Shown here: positions 24,176-36,374 of the stretch, in pieces
How positions within the stretch are numbered: the first letter of the stretch is position 1
Layout of the letters: every line of letters begins with the position of its first letter
Assembly (NCBI RefSeq): GCF_037042905.1
Contig: NC_087250.1
Span: 17,114,001-17,178,000 of the forward strand
Direction of reading: 5' to 3'
Origin: Lytechinus pictus
Taxonomy: Eukaryota
DNA: 64,000 nucleotides
Notes under the pieces: model-generated
Database searches by the model: none
What the model was told of the DNA's origin: nothing
What the model saw: the letters and a program-made list of their open reading frames with translations, nothing else
Program-made: the position numbers and the translations under genes

Positions 24176-24717
24176 TGTGATATATGCTAATGTAGGAAGT
24201 TATCTTTTCTACATTATTTTGTGCTTTGTTTTTCTGCATTTTCTGATACATGTTATGTTATTTAAAGCCCGTTCTCAGTTTCTATGGTGATGTCTCCAAA
24301 ATTACTTAAAAATCATTTGTTGCATCCACCCAGAAAACTGCATGGGTACTGTAGAAAAGGTATTTTTCGCTGGTATCACTTCGGTTGCGATCGATAACGT
24401 CATATTGCCCTTTTACTTGCCAAACAACGTTTTCTGCCAAGAAAGTTGGCAACACTCCCTTTCTTCTTTTAATTACAAAATAGGCCTTTTAAAACACCTG
24501 TGCATTCACTATAAACATGGGACATCATACCATTGTTTATTTTGAAAGTAGTTTGTGTTTATTCTTTCACTATCATACCAAACAAAAGAATGACTTGTGC
24601 ATGGATGTGCTCCCTCATGCTCAAAGAACCTGGCTTCTGGCATATCAATATTTGCACATTTTGATTTATAAACATTGACATTCTATCCCTCTTCAAACAT
24701 ATTCCTGATTATTTATA

Positions 24718-25531
24718 CAATGCGTCCCAGAAAAAACGTAACCGAGATTTAGCGATGATTTATCATAACTTAATCATAAATAAAATAGAAAAATGACCTA
24801 CCAATGTAAAGCTTAGAATCTCCTCTTTCATCTGGTATTACTTAGATTATTCCTCATTCACGCATGATTGAGCAAAAACAATTCGAAGAAAGGATGCCAA
24901 AAACTCATTTGGCGGGGGGTATCTGAATTTCAAAAAGAAAATCACATGACTAAAAAGTTCAATATCTTCTCTTTTCTTTGATACCTAAATCACAGAAAAT
25001 GGTCAAGTAGTAAAAAAGTTATGATCCCTCGAAACAATGCTTGTATTTCCATAATTTCATTAAATAAACGTGTTTCCACCGGTTTCCCACAGAAGCTATC
25101 GCACGGTAACAAAAGACTTAATGCATGGCTGATCGTCAACAAAACGGAGTGTCGAGTGAGTTTGAACTCTAGCCTGTAAAACCTCTTCATTTTATGAAAT
25201 TATTGAAATTCAAGCCTTATTTCAAATAACCAGAACTCTGTTATTTCTTGACCATTTTCTGTAATTGAGGTATCAAATTAAAGAGCAGATATTGAACTTT
25301 TTAAAAATGTGGTTTTCTTTTTAAAACCCAGATACGGCCCGCCAAGTGACTCTTTGGTATCCCCTTTTCAAATTGTTTTTGCTCACTCATGCGTCAATGA
25401 GAAATAATCTAAGTAATTTCAGATGAAAGAGGAGATTCTAAGCTTTAAAATGGTAGGTCATTTGTATATTGTATTTGCGATTATGATAAATCATCGATAA
25501 ATCTCGGTTTCGTTTTTTGTGGGACGCACTG
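24718..25531. mobile_element. Tc1/mariner-like MITE (same family as 16049)
   Basis: TA|CAATGCGTCCCA...TGGGACGCACTG|TA. Confidence 0.87.
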
Positions 25532-28500
25532 TATATACGTAGGCAGCGAACCCTCTTTTTAGGGACATGCTCTGAATATAGTCTGCAGGAGTGCAGGCAC
25601 AGACCCTGATTGAAACTTTGATCAACAAGTGAGTGTGTCTCCACGCAAAGACTAGCACATACCGGTATATACAAAACTTTAGTGTTTCAGACACAAACAA
25701 TTATACATAGTGAAGAGTCTGAAGTAGTGAGAGTGTGAGACTACTGTACATTTTGTAAATTCACTCCTTTACTCTGTCTGTGTAGGGTTTGGAGTCTACT
25801 GTATACATGTAAAAGCCCTTATAGTCCAGTCAATATAGGGTTTGACCCACCACTAATTGCAACACGAGATATTCCACTGCAATGATTTCAAAGAAGGTCC
25901 CCTAAACAACATACTAAAAGTCCCAAGAAATCCAAGTGGTGGAAATTTATGAAATTTGCATATTATGCAAATTAGCCATAAACAGTTAGAAAAATAAGGA
26001 AAATAGCCCAGAGATTACAAATTAAGTGTCCAAAACAATTCAATTTGAGCGAAAATTCATGATAAATAACTGTATTCAATGTTTTTTGTCAAAAGTGCAA
26101 AAAAATCTACCTCATTTGCATAAAATGCAAATAAGCATCCATATATTGAAAAATGTCAAGGTATTGTGATTTTTCTCTCATTATCTGCTCATTAATGTTG
26201 GAATTTACATGCTGCAATCACTAAGGACTTTGAATACATTTGTATTCAGCTAAATGTATCTAGCTTAGTGTCTGTAGTGTAATTTGCATATTATGCAAAT
26301 AAAAGTATCTAACATGTTATAAATATTCAAGAAAACACACTGGTGATACATCCCTCAAAAATTGCAAGTAGATTATCTATTGAAATTGGAATATGGCAAT
26401 ACCTTACAGGAAGGTTTCCCAAACACCATATTAAAAGTCCTTAAATATACAAGCATATGGAAAATCACAAAATGTGCATATTATGCAAATTAGCCATAAT
26501 AAATTACAAATAAGGAAAATAATCCAAATATTGGAAATCAAGTGCAGAAATCAATACGAATTGAACTGAAGCCCATTATAAGTTTTACAAATTTATTTAT
26601 TTTTAAATAAAAAATCGTGAATAACTCTATCTCATTTGCATATTATGAGCATCTTTATATGGAAAAAATCAAGAAATTTTGATTTTTCTCACAAAAACAG
26701 TTATGAAAACATTTCAATCTAGATCAATATGATGTGAGCACTAAGAATGGCTAATACATTAATAATCAGCTTAATATCTGAAGTGTAATTTACATATTAT
26801 GCAAATAAGCATCCGACATGTTATAAATATTCAAGGAAACACAAAAGTGATACTTTCCTCTAAAATTCCATGTAGATTATGTGTATTAACCATGATGACC
26901 TTCCCTACACTTATTGCTTGGTTGATATTGACTTTTGTCACGAGCAGTTACCCCACTCATATTGTACAATGATGAGTCCATTCTACATGGATCCCACTGC
27001 TTGACAACCGCGTAGACAGGATTTCATTTTGGAGGGGGCGGTAAATGCACGCGAAGCGTGCCAACACTTAAAGAGCGCGCGAAGCGCGCTCCCTAGGGGG
27101 TGGGTGCAGGGAGGGGGAGCTTCCCCCTCCATCGCGAAGCGCGAAGCTTTTGGTGTTTCATAAATTAAAATGAAAAGGAGCCGTCTCTCTTGTCTCTAGT
27201 ATCTATATCAGCTCCAATTCAGTTGACTATATTGTGATTTTGAACCTGGTTTTCATGAACCTTGTTTTAAAAAAAAATTGTGAACGCACAAAAAAGGAAT
27301 ACAATGGAGGAAATTAAAATGATAATAACCCCACGCGAAGTGCGGAAGCTAAAGCGTTTTATCAATTTTTTGCCATGACAAGGGTCCCGAGAAAAGGATA
27401 TTCTCAAACATATATTGAATACTTCCCTTGGAAAGATCAGATTTGATTACAAACAATTTAGCGACAGTGCATATCTTTAACTCGCAAAACAGAGGAGAAG
27501 AAGTGTATATGCCAGGAGGAAGATATTCCTCCCCGCGCAGAGCAACGAAACTCTGAAATTTCAAAGGGCGGATGTTTCATCAAAATAATGCAGATATCTC
27601 CAATACCCCATCGGCTCTAATTCAATTAATTTTCTAAGATTATTGAACTTCATTAAAAGGAAAATAGTGCTCAAAAAGTTGAAACTTCTGTGATTTATTG
27701 AAATTATATAAAAAGGATGCCTAATTTCTTTGACTTATCCTTAAGCGCTTCATTTTGAATTATAAAGAAACTTAAGAGTCATTCAAAATTTCAAACTGAG
27801 GGCGCAAAACAGGACAGGAGATGAATATACAGGGAAATGACATGAAGTTTAATAGAATTTGATAAAAAATATTGTACTTTTTAATTTAATACCCTTATAC
27901 GATACAAATTTTATACCTTCCTCTTTTTGGATTAGGAACCTGTTTGCCCCAAAAATTATGGTTGTTTAGTAATGAGCTGAAAAGCGGGAGAAGTTGACTT
28001 TATGGAGGTGACGGCAGAAATTGATATAAAGATTTTACCCGCCCGGAGCCGACCCGACCAGAAGTTGCGCGATCAATTAAAAAAAAAGATAACAGTACTT
28101 CATATACTTCGGCCTAACCTTACTCTAATTCCATGCCCTAATGTATACATTTGAACTTTAACTGGCAATAAACACATATAGCTGAGGTAGAAAAACAGGG
28201 TTAGAGAAAGGGTGGGGGAAACAATGGAGATCTTCAATATTGTCATTTAACCGCGCACAGCGCGGAAGCAAAATTCATTTATAAATTTAGAGCAAGAGTG
28301 AAGGAGTTTCTCTTTTGAGAAAAAAAAAACACAAAGCTACCTTTCTTCCCTTTCCTCCCTTCTTTTTTCTTTTCTCCTCTCTTTTTTCCCCTTTTTTTTT
28401 TTCTTTTTGGGGACGTTTTTTTTTGGGGGGCGACCGCCCCCACCGCCCCCCCCCCCCCTGGCTACGCGCCTGCTGCTTGAATGCTTCATTATTTCCATCC

Positions 28501-28639
28501 AAGTCTTGCTCTCTTCTTGACTTTGTAGAGACTTTGCGTTTCTTGCGAGTATAGTCCACACTAGCAACTCCTGGATTGCCAAGTGATCAGCACAAGATGT
28601 CACACCCGTACAAATAAAAGCCCATTAGCTTCGAATATT

Positions 28640-29132
28640 TGGTCCTTGTAGCACACCAATTAGCTTATAAACTTGGGGTCCTTGTATTCAAAGCGCTTAA
28701 CGATAAATCTCCACCCTACATCTCAGAGCTCTTATCTCAGCATAGACCAACACGCAGTCTCAGATCAGCAGCTCAAGCATTGCTGAGGGAATCTCAAACA
28801 ACCTGGGGTGACAGAGCCTTCTACATCTCTGGACCAAAGCTGTGGAATAGCCTTCCCCAATTTATCAGGAGAGCAGAGACCCAATCAACTTTTGAGTCTT
28901 ACCTGAAGACCTTTCTGTTCCCCACTCCAACATTATCCCAAGACAAGAATAACTCAATTGTAGCATTACTAGGACAGTACTTGAACTGAATGATGATCCT
29001 AATCACTGTTTGAATACATTGAAATTTGTGAGATATTTCCTATTTTTGAGCAAGCGCCATGAGCGCCCAGCTGAGGCGGATACCGGCGCTTTACAAGAAC
29101 CCATCATCATCATCATCATCACCATCATCATC
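28640..29132 (+). pseudogene. L2-clade LINE 3' fragment with (CAT)n tail
   Basis: YKLGVLVFKAL...PPYISELL....PTRSLRS...WGDRAF..SGPKLWNSLP...F..YLKTFLF, then GCGCTTTACAA and (CAT)n. Confidence 0.85.
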
Positions 29133-29134
29133 AC

Positions 29135-30560
29135 TTGTCTTGGTGGTGAATATGAGTACTTGCTTGGATCACAAGATCTCTGGGCATGCTTAATAAGAGT
29201 AACAATGGGCATTTGCCTACACGAGCGACATGAAAGCCATTCATAAATTCATGATGAAGGCTTAAAGTGCATTATAGGCATCTTTCTCAGATACAGGAAT
29301 CGTGATTAGACGTTCTTGCTGATATTGCTGCTTCATGATGAAGCATCCATTTTCTGTTCTTTCCTCTTTGATAAATCTCCTATGGCAACCATCTCCAAAT
29401 ATTAAAGCTATAGTTTCTAAGTAAGTCGTATGCAAATAATAATATTAATTTCCTGATATTTATGGTAAACAGAAATTCCTCAGTGAGACAATGAACAAAC
29501 CAGATGGAGGACTAAGCCAGATTATTGCCTTTCCAACAAGAGGACACAACATAATGGAACACCCTTAACATCACCATCAAATACCATCCAACATTAATTA
29601 GACAGTGTGTACCACTTCCAGGATTTGTTTGCCACAATGTGCTACTCATGGGTATACTGTGAGGTTGTCCAGAGGAATAAACATTTTATGGTACAACTAA
29701 GGATGTTCTTCTGGAGGAATGCTGACTTTAATAGTGTCATGCAGACGTACAATCATACAACTCTGTACTGAAATCCGACAAGTCGACGTAGGAGACTGAA
29801 TGCCAATCAAGAGGACTTTAACAGGAACACATCGTTAACCATGTCTTCTTCCGACACAAGTTGCCTCAATGAGACAATGAACATAAGTTGTGTCGGAAGA
29901 TGTCAAGAGTTTTAGAGAAAGGCTAGGAAGGCTTGCACATTTTAATGCTCTAAAAGCATCAGTAAGGTAAAGCTTAGAATTGCTACAATGCACTAAAGAG
30001 GACCATAAGAGGGTTTATAGACAAGCCTATAATTTGTTGACCGGATTGACAATGATCCAGGCTGTAACAATTAGCATGTTGGAAGCCCTTAATATCAATA
30101 CCTATGACTACATTGGAATATCATTATTAAAGGAAGGCAAATATTTTTAGTCTTAGTATTCACCACTGATCATGATGATGATGACGCTGAAGTCCTGGGA
30201 CCCAGTCCTGACCTAGATATGGCCAGATAACATATTGTTTAGTCAAGCAGGTGTAGCCAGACTACTGAAGAAAATGTTAAAGAAAACAACCTGCATGAAG
30301 CTACTAGGCCAGATGGAATCTCTGCTGCACTTCTTAATGAGACTACTCATCAGATCTTACCTGCCATAAGTTTGCTTTTCCTGGCCTCACTTTATCATGT
30401 TTATGCGGTGAAATTTCAAGAAAGTCTAAGTCGTTCCCATCCACATAAGAAATGGTTGTCAACTCTAACAAACTACACACCAATCAAATACTGTGCTTTG
30501 TTCTTGCCAATCCCATCATCTTGTCAGACTTACGCTTAGGAAGCGAAGAACATATTTCCA
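29135..30560 (+). pseudogene. Heavily decayed CR1-group ORF2 fragment
   Basis: Remnant motifs TRGHNI (about 29537), KATRPDGIS (about 30298) and VPIH..K.G/NY.PI-like (about 30430-30485) with frameshifts and stops. Confidence 0.6.
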
Positions 30561-32240
30561 GTATTTTTCCTTGAATATAAATCATATTAGGATAGATTTG
30601 AATGCTTAGTGATAGCAGCATATTAATTTGAAAAACTGAAATGTTTTCACTGCAGTCAATGTGATAAAAAAAAATCAAAATTTCTTTACATTTTCCATAT
30701 AAGGATACTTATTTGCATAATATGCAAATGAGGCACATTTGCTAACTTTTTAAATAAAGACATTGAACTTTTTTATTCATCATGAAGTTTTAATTACTTG
30801 CTGTTGACATTTAATTTGTAATCTTTGGATTAATTTCCTCATTTTCTATTTTTTATGGCTAATTTGCATAATATGCAAATTAATTTTCAGGCATTGGGAT
30901 GAATTCTCATGCTTAGTGATATAGTAGCATATTAATGTCAACATTAATGAAAATGTTTCAAGCAGTCTATATGAGAAAATTCACAATATCTTGACATTTT
31001 TTTATATAAGGATGCATATTTGCATAATATGCAAATGAGGTAGAAATTTTTGCACTTTTGATTAAAAACATTGAATTCAGTTATTTATCATGAATTTCCA
31101 TTCAAATTAAATTGTTTTGGACATTTAATTTGTAATCTTTGGATTATTTGCCTTCTTTTTCTAATTTTTCATGGCTAATTTGCATAATATGCAAATTTCA
31201 TAAATTTCCACTGCTTGGATTTCTTGGGAATTTTAGTATGTTGTTTAGGGGACCTTCCTGGAAAGCATTTCAGTGGAATATCTTTTGTTGCAATTAGTGG
31301 TGGGTTACCCCCCTATTCTGGCTAGATTGACTGGACTATTATAAACTGGGTTCCAAAAGAAACTTCTCAAACTTTACAAGGGCACTGCACAAATTTCACT
31401 TTTAATAGTCAAAAGGAACAATATTTTTACACATGCTAGCTTCAATAATCTTTTCTAATTACTTCTCAGTAATTAAGAGATTGGTTCAATCTCAGAGAGG
31501 CTACATGCATTGCCCCTCACATCAATTGGTTTCAAAATCCAAAGTCACAAAATGGCAAAAGAAAGACCAATGAAATGAGATTGGATTTTAAACTTCCCAG
31601 TTTATCACACACATGTCCTTCACAGTCCTGAGCGATTGACTTGATCACAAAAAAGAAAGCTACATGAAGTTGAAATCAAATTTAAACTGATTGGAACAAT
31701 CTAACACCCACACATAGATTCCACAGGGTTGTCCTGGTAAGCGGGGGATAATCCGAACACAGTGTTTTCATGCGTGCCTGAGTTACATGTAGTTTAAGGT
31801 CCATGGTTACATACAGACACTTACCGTTCTGCGGGAAGCGATCTTCGCACATTTTGAGCTCGCAACTCTACACTCTCTGTAGAATGCCTATGATGTGGTT
31901 TCAAATTTTGCGCGAAACATGTCACCCCACTGAGACCGTTCCCATAGCAACAAGATTGCTTTACGTGAAGTGATTTTGAAAGCCACTTTCAGGTGATCAA
32001 ATGGGAACGCTAGCAAAGCGACCCTCCAAACTGGTTCCCTAAACCGGTTTCCAGTAAACTACTTTTTGAAAGTGTAATGAGAATGAGGTCATGGTGTTAT
32101 TTGTAACTTTGTCATATTTGAGTCTGTGCTTGGAAAGGTAATATTTAATGGGGTCATGTGCTTGTGTACTGTCCAATGTACTGTATGCTGTAAGGAATCT
32201 TGTATCATGGAACTAGCTCCATGATCGCATTACACTGTAA

Positions 32241-32695
32241 TATGCTTTTCACATTGCATTTCCTTAACCCCATACTATCCTTAACCCCGGACTATCCTTA
32301 ACCCCATACTATCTTTTTTGGATTCACACTGTCTTTCTTAACCCCATACTATCTGCTAAACCGGGGTTAACGCCTTAACCCCGGACTATCCCACAGCTCA
32401 TGAATATTGATGATTTTACCAGACAGAGCGTGATTAACGTGCAATTTTGACGTCTGTGATTGGCTATTGCTTAGCCCCACTTTTCTTTAGCCCAGTTTCG
32501 TTTAACACTGCACAATAAGCTGCTTTTTTGCAGGGCCAGATAGTACTTTTTACCGTACTAGCCCACTTTGCTAAAACGAAGTGTGAAAACGAAGTGGGCT
32601 AAGCTTAACCCCGGGAAATTGGTGGGGCTAAGGCCCCCCCTTAGCCCCACCAATTTCCCGGGGTTAAGGAAAAAAAGTACAGTGTGAAAAGCATA
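32241..32695. mobile_element. PIF/Harbinger-like MITE
   Basis: TAA|TATGCTTTTCACA...TGTGAAAAGCATA|TAA; 3-bp TAA TSD; internal TTAACCCC repeats. Confidence 0.75.
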
Positions 32696-33367
32696 TAAAT
32701 GTTTGTGCTGGTCTGTTGCAATTTTGCAAAATCCAGTTGTTGAGTAAAGTTCCATTCTGGATCTGTGCTTGCAGATGAAATGTAGTGCTCACTGCAGTCC
32801 ATCTCATACTGGTACAAGTATACGGTGATATATTCTCATCTGGTTTTAAAAAATAACAGAGTATACAATTTTGGGTCATGTACATGTAGATGGTAATTGA
32901 TATTGGGAGCAAGATTATGATATTTTGTGGACAGACATGGACAGGGCAGATCCAGGATTTTACAAGGGGGGGAGACAAATTCCCCCAAGGAAAATTCGAC
33001 AAAGAAAAGAGTTTCACTATTTAATTCAAGCAAGAAAAACAGGTTTTTACTCAAATATGAAGGACATTTTGTCGACTGCGTAAAATTTGACAAAGCAAAA
33101 AGTCATTTTGTCCCTCATACAATTTGACAATTAATGCTTAAAAAAGAGGAAGTCCTATTCATTTGTGGATGAACAACAAATTATATTTGCTGCGATTCTC
33201 AAGGGGGGGGGCACACTTGTGTCCTTTTGTATAAACAGTACACAGTTTAGGTTTATAATTTGCTGATCAGTGATCTGCAGTATTTACTGATTGTACTTTG
33301 TTTTGTTTATTGATAGTGAGTTCGAATTTGAAGGAAATGTTTCATCTTTCCACTTTTTTTCTTTCAG

Positions 33368-33540
33368 CTCCTTACCCAGACAAGGCTCAGGAAGCTGTCT
33401 ACCCTCCCCAACAGCCTGAAGGATACGCCTCGGTCCCCCAGAACCAATATCCCCCACAAGGCTACCCACCCCAGGGCGCCCCTCCAGCTTACCCTCAGGG
33501 TCAGGCTCAATACGCCGGCGGGCAGAATGTCATTGTAGCG
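33368..33540 (+). CDS. CD225/dispanin family protein, coding exon 2 (Pro/Gln/Tyr-rich N-terminus)
   Basis: TTTTTTTCTTTCAG acceptor and GTAAGT donor; PYPDKAQEAVYPPQQPEGYASVPQNQYPPQGYPPQGAPPAYPQGQAQYAGGQNVIVA; elevated GC. Confidence 0.92.
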
Positions 33541-33663
33541 GTAAGTTGCTGTACATGCACACAATAACTTACCGGTTTCTGTCCCCACCCCCTACAAGTA
33601 CACCTTTAAACCACCCCCCCTCCCTCCGCCCCCTGCAAGGATAACCTCCCCAGTGTACACTCT

Positions 33664-34750
33664 CCCCGGAGGAGGGGGCACTCACATATATTGGTGGTAC
33701 GGGGACGTGCTGCTTCGATGACCCCCTTTTTCAGACCTAATTTTCAGTTCTCTAGATACTCTGAATAACAAAAGTGAAGTTCGGGGGGGGGGGGGGGGCG
33801 TTTCATGAAAGGACCTGTCGGACGTTTTATCCGACAAGTCCCATTTTATCCGACAGTTACCATAGTAACAGTACCGTACCTCTCAGCCAATCAACATCAG
33901 AGAAAGATGTCGGATCTGACAACTTGTCGGATGAAAATGTTGATGAAACACTCCCCAGAAGCCACTTAGCCCCGCTCGCAAGACCCTTGTTACGAGACAT
34001 CTCAGTTCCCCGGCCCCAGCCCTGCCAAACTCGTCAAGCGCGAGCACCGCATGCGAGAGATGCACGACTTGCAGTGCACGTATGGCTTTGCAACTCCCTA
34101 CATGTATATACATGTAATTCTCGCTACCCCAAATAGGAACAAAAATCTCATAATGCGCGAGACGAGATAATTTTCACTTCGTCGGGTCGTCATCACCACT
34201 TCCGGTTCAGAGTTATGCTCGCGCGAGGTTCGCGATACTGAGTTTTCCACCACGCTGAAATCGATGCCAATCAGCGTAAAAAGGAACAGATTATAATACG
34301 TTTTATCTAATTTGGTCAGTTTTTATTCCATTTGAATTATAAATAGAAATAAAAAATATATTTCACGTGAAAATGTGAAAGAGAGGGTTGTGATCACGAA
34401 CTTTCCGAGCGAAAGCGACGTTGTGTTGTTGTGCATGACGGCACTGTTGATCTGAATGGCAAAACAGTGCATTGGACTTCCGATCAGGAAGTTGTAATAC
34501 CGAAAAGCTATCCCATAATGCAATGCGCGTTACAGGGATTTTCCCGGATCTCGGCGAAATCGCTATTTGGGGTAGCGAGAATTATAAGTGCCGCGATCCC
34601 GTTCCGTAGACCCTGCTTTTCACACACCGCAATATATATTTAGTTCCCAAGACCCCGTACTTTAACCATTTAGTCAGTTCCTTAGACCCCCATTTCAGAG
34701 TTTCATGAGGCACACCCCCATCAAAAAAGAATTTGAGTGCCCCCCCCCCC
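33664..34750. mobile_element. G/C-run-ended MITE containing nested inserts (about 33795-33957 and 34115-34584)
   Basis: GGGGGCACTC...GAGTGCCCCCC ends; related element at about 44965-45422. Confidence 0.55.
34115..34584. mobile_element. Element with a perfect 22-bp TIR
   Basis: TAATTCTCGCTACCCCAAATAG (34115-34136) and CTATTTGGGGTAGCGAGAATTA (34563-34584); CpG-rich interior suggests a young insertion. Confidence 0.8.
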
Positions 34751-35898
34751 TACCCGTGCCCTCTTCAGCATACCCCAAGACTGTCTCTGAACGGCAGGCA
34801 GACAGTGTGGTATTAGTTGGTCGCATACATGAACTGTACATGTACCTATCAGTCATTCTGTCTCCACCTCCCTAGATAATGGTCAAGAAATGAAGTTCTC
34901 ATCTTTAAAAATATATTCCAATAATTTCAAATGAAGACATTTGTACATGTACCGGTAGCCAGTGGCGTACCTAGGATTTTTCACAGGGGGGGCAAAACCA
35001 TCCGCCAAAAAAATTTGACAAGCAAAAAAAAAAAAAAAAGGTCTTCAATCACAAATGAAGGATTTCGTACCAGAAAAAAATTTGACAAGCAAAAAAAAAA
35101 AAAAAAAAAAAAGAGCTTCAAGCTCGTCAGGGGGGCAATAAAGGTCTTCAAGCTCGCAGGGGGGGGGGGCAAAAAAGGTCTTTCAAGCTCGTCAGGGGGG
35201 GCAGGGATACATCCTTTGCATGGGTTGTGGCTCGTCAGGGGGGGCAGACTGCCCCCCCCCCCCCGTAGGTACGCTAGTGCCGGTAGCCTACAGGTATGTA
35301 GAGCTCTGTCAGACTTTTAATCTTGATACAACACTCCCTTTTGGTGATGATCAGCCATTCATATATACGTGTACATGAAGCCTAAAACCATGCGATGGCT
35401 ACGGTAGCAGATATTTGAGAAAGCGATAAACATTTTTAGTATGCAAATTCTTTCATAATCATTTCTTGACCCTTTCCTGTGATTGAGGTATCTTATTAAT
35501 TATTTCATTTGGTTTTTTTGGGGGGGGATTCAGATTCAGATGTCCCCCACCATAGCGCCAGACTGTCTTTTGGTTTCTTTTCCTTGCTCATGGGTGGAAA
35601 ATGAATTGTACCAGATGAAAAAGGAGACTTCTAAAGCTTTACAATGTGTCTTTTGTCCAAATATATTCAGATATTAATAATCATTGATAATTATCAGGGT
35701 TTTTTTTGTGGGACACACTGTATGGCAACTATTATTCATGAACAATAACATAATTTTCTATGAGATAACTTTGTGAATCATGGATCCATGAAGTACAGCA
35801 CTATAAATTATTATTATCAAAGGAAACTGAGGAAGCCGTGGTAATGCACTAGATTTTTTTTCAAGGATTACATGTCAATTTCAAGCCGGATATTCATG

Positions 35899-36374
35899 AG
35901 GCGGTTTCAAACCGCCTAGATCACAAAAATCCCTGTTAAATTAATAGAACATTTTTAGGCTAAAAAATACCCATTAATTATTCCTGCATTCACACCACCC
36001 CGAAACATACCCTTCGGGATAAATTCCTGAAGTTAGGAGCATGCGCAGTATGGTCTAATAAGCAGGCAAGGTGCGAGATTCAAAACCACTAGCCCAGCAG
36101 CCACCCACGGCGCCCGCGCCCAACGACACGCTGGGCTAAAAGTTCCCATAAATTGCTTTAACATTGCCAAAATACCTGCGACCTTGGAAAAATCCCCGCG
36201 AAAGTTCTCGTAATTTCGCCAATTACCTACTATTTAGCGGGTATTTTCTTTCGGGGAAATTACGCGTAGTTTGCTTTCACATTACCAAAATACCTGGTAT
36301 TTTTTTATCAGGTTAACTTTCCCGATCAGAGAATACCTGGAACTGACGAACTTCGAGGCGGTCTGAAACCACCT
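35899..36374. mobile_element. MITE (Harbinger-like)
   Basis: AGGCGGTTTCAAACCGCCT / AGGCGGTCTGAAACCACCT inverted ends. Confidence 0.6.

Larger units (their letters stand above)
25822..31338. mobile_element. Academ-like fold-back element (5.5 kb) in intron 1 with nested repeats
   Basis: TTA|TAGTCCAGTCAAT...ATTGACTGGACTA|TTA: 3-bp TSD and TAG...CTA ends; arms about 25822-26880 and 30560-31338, internally repetitive. Confidence 0.82.
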
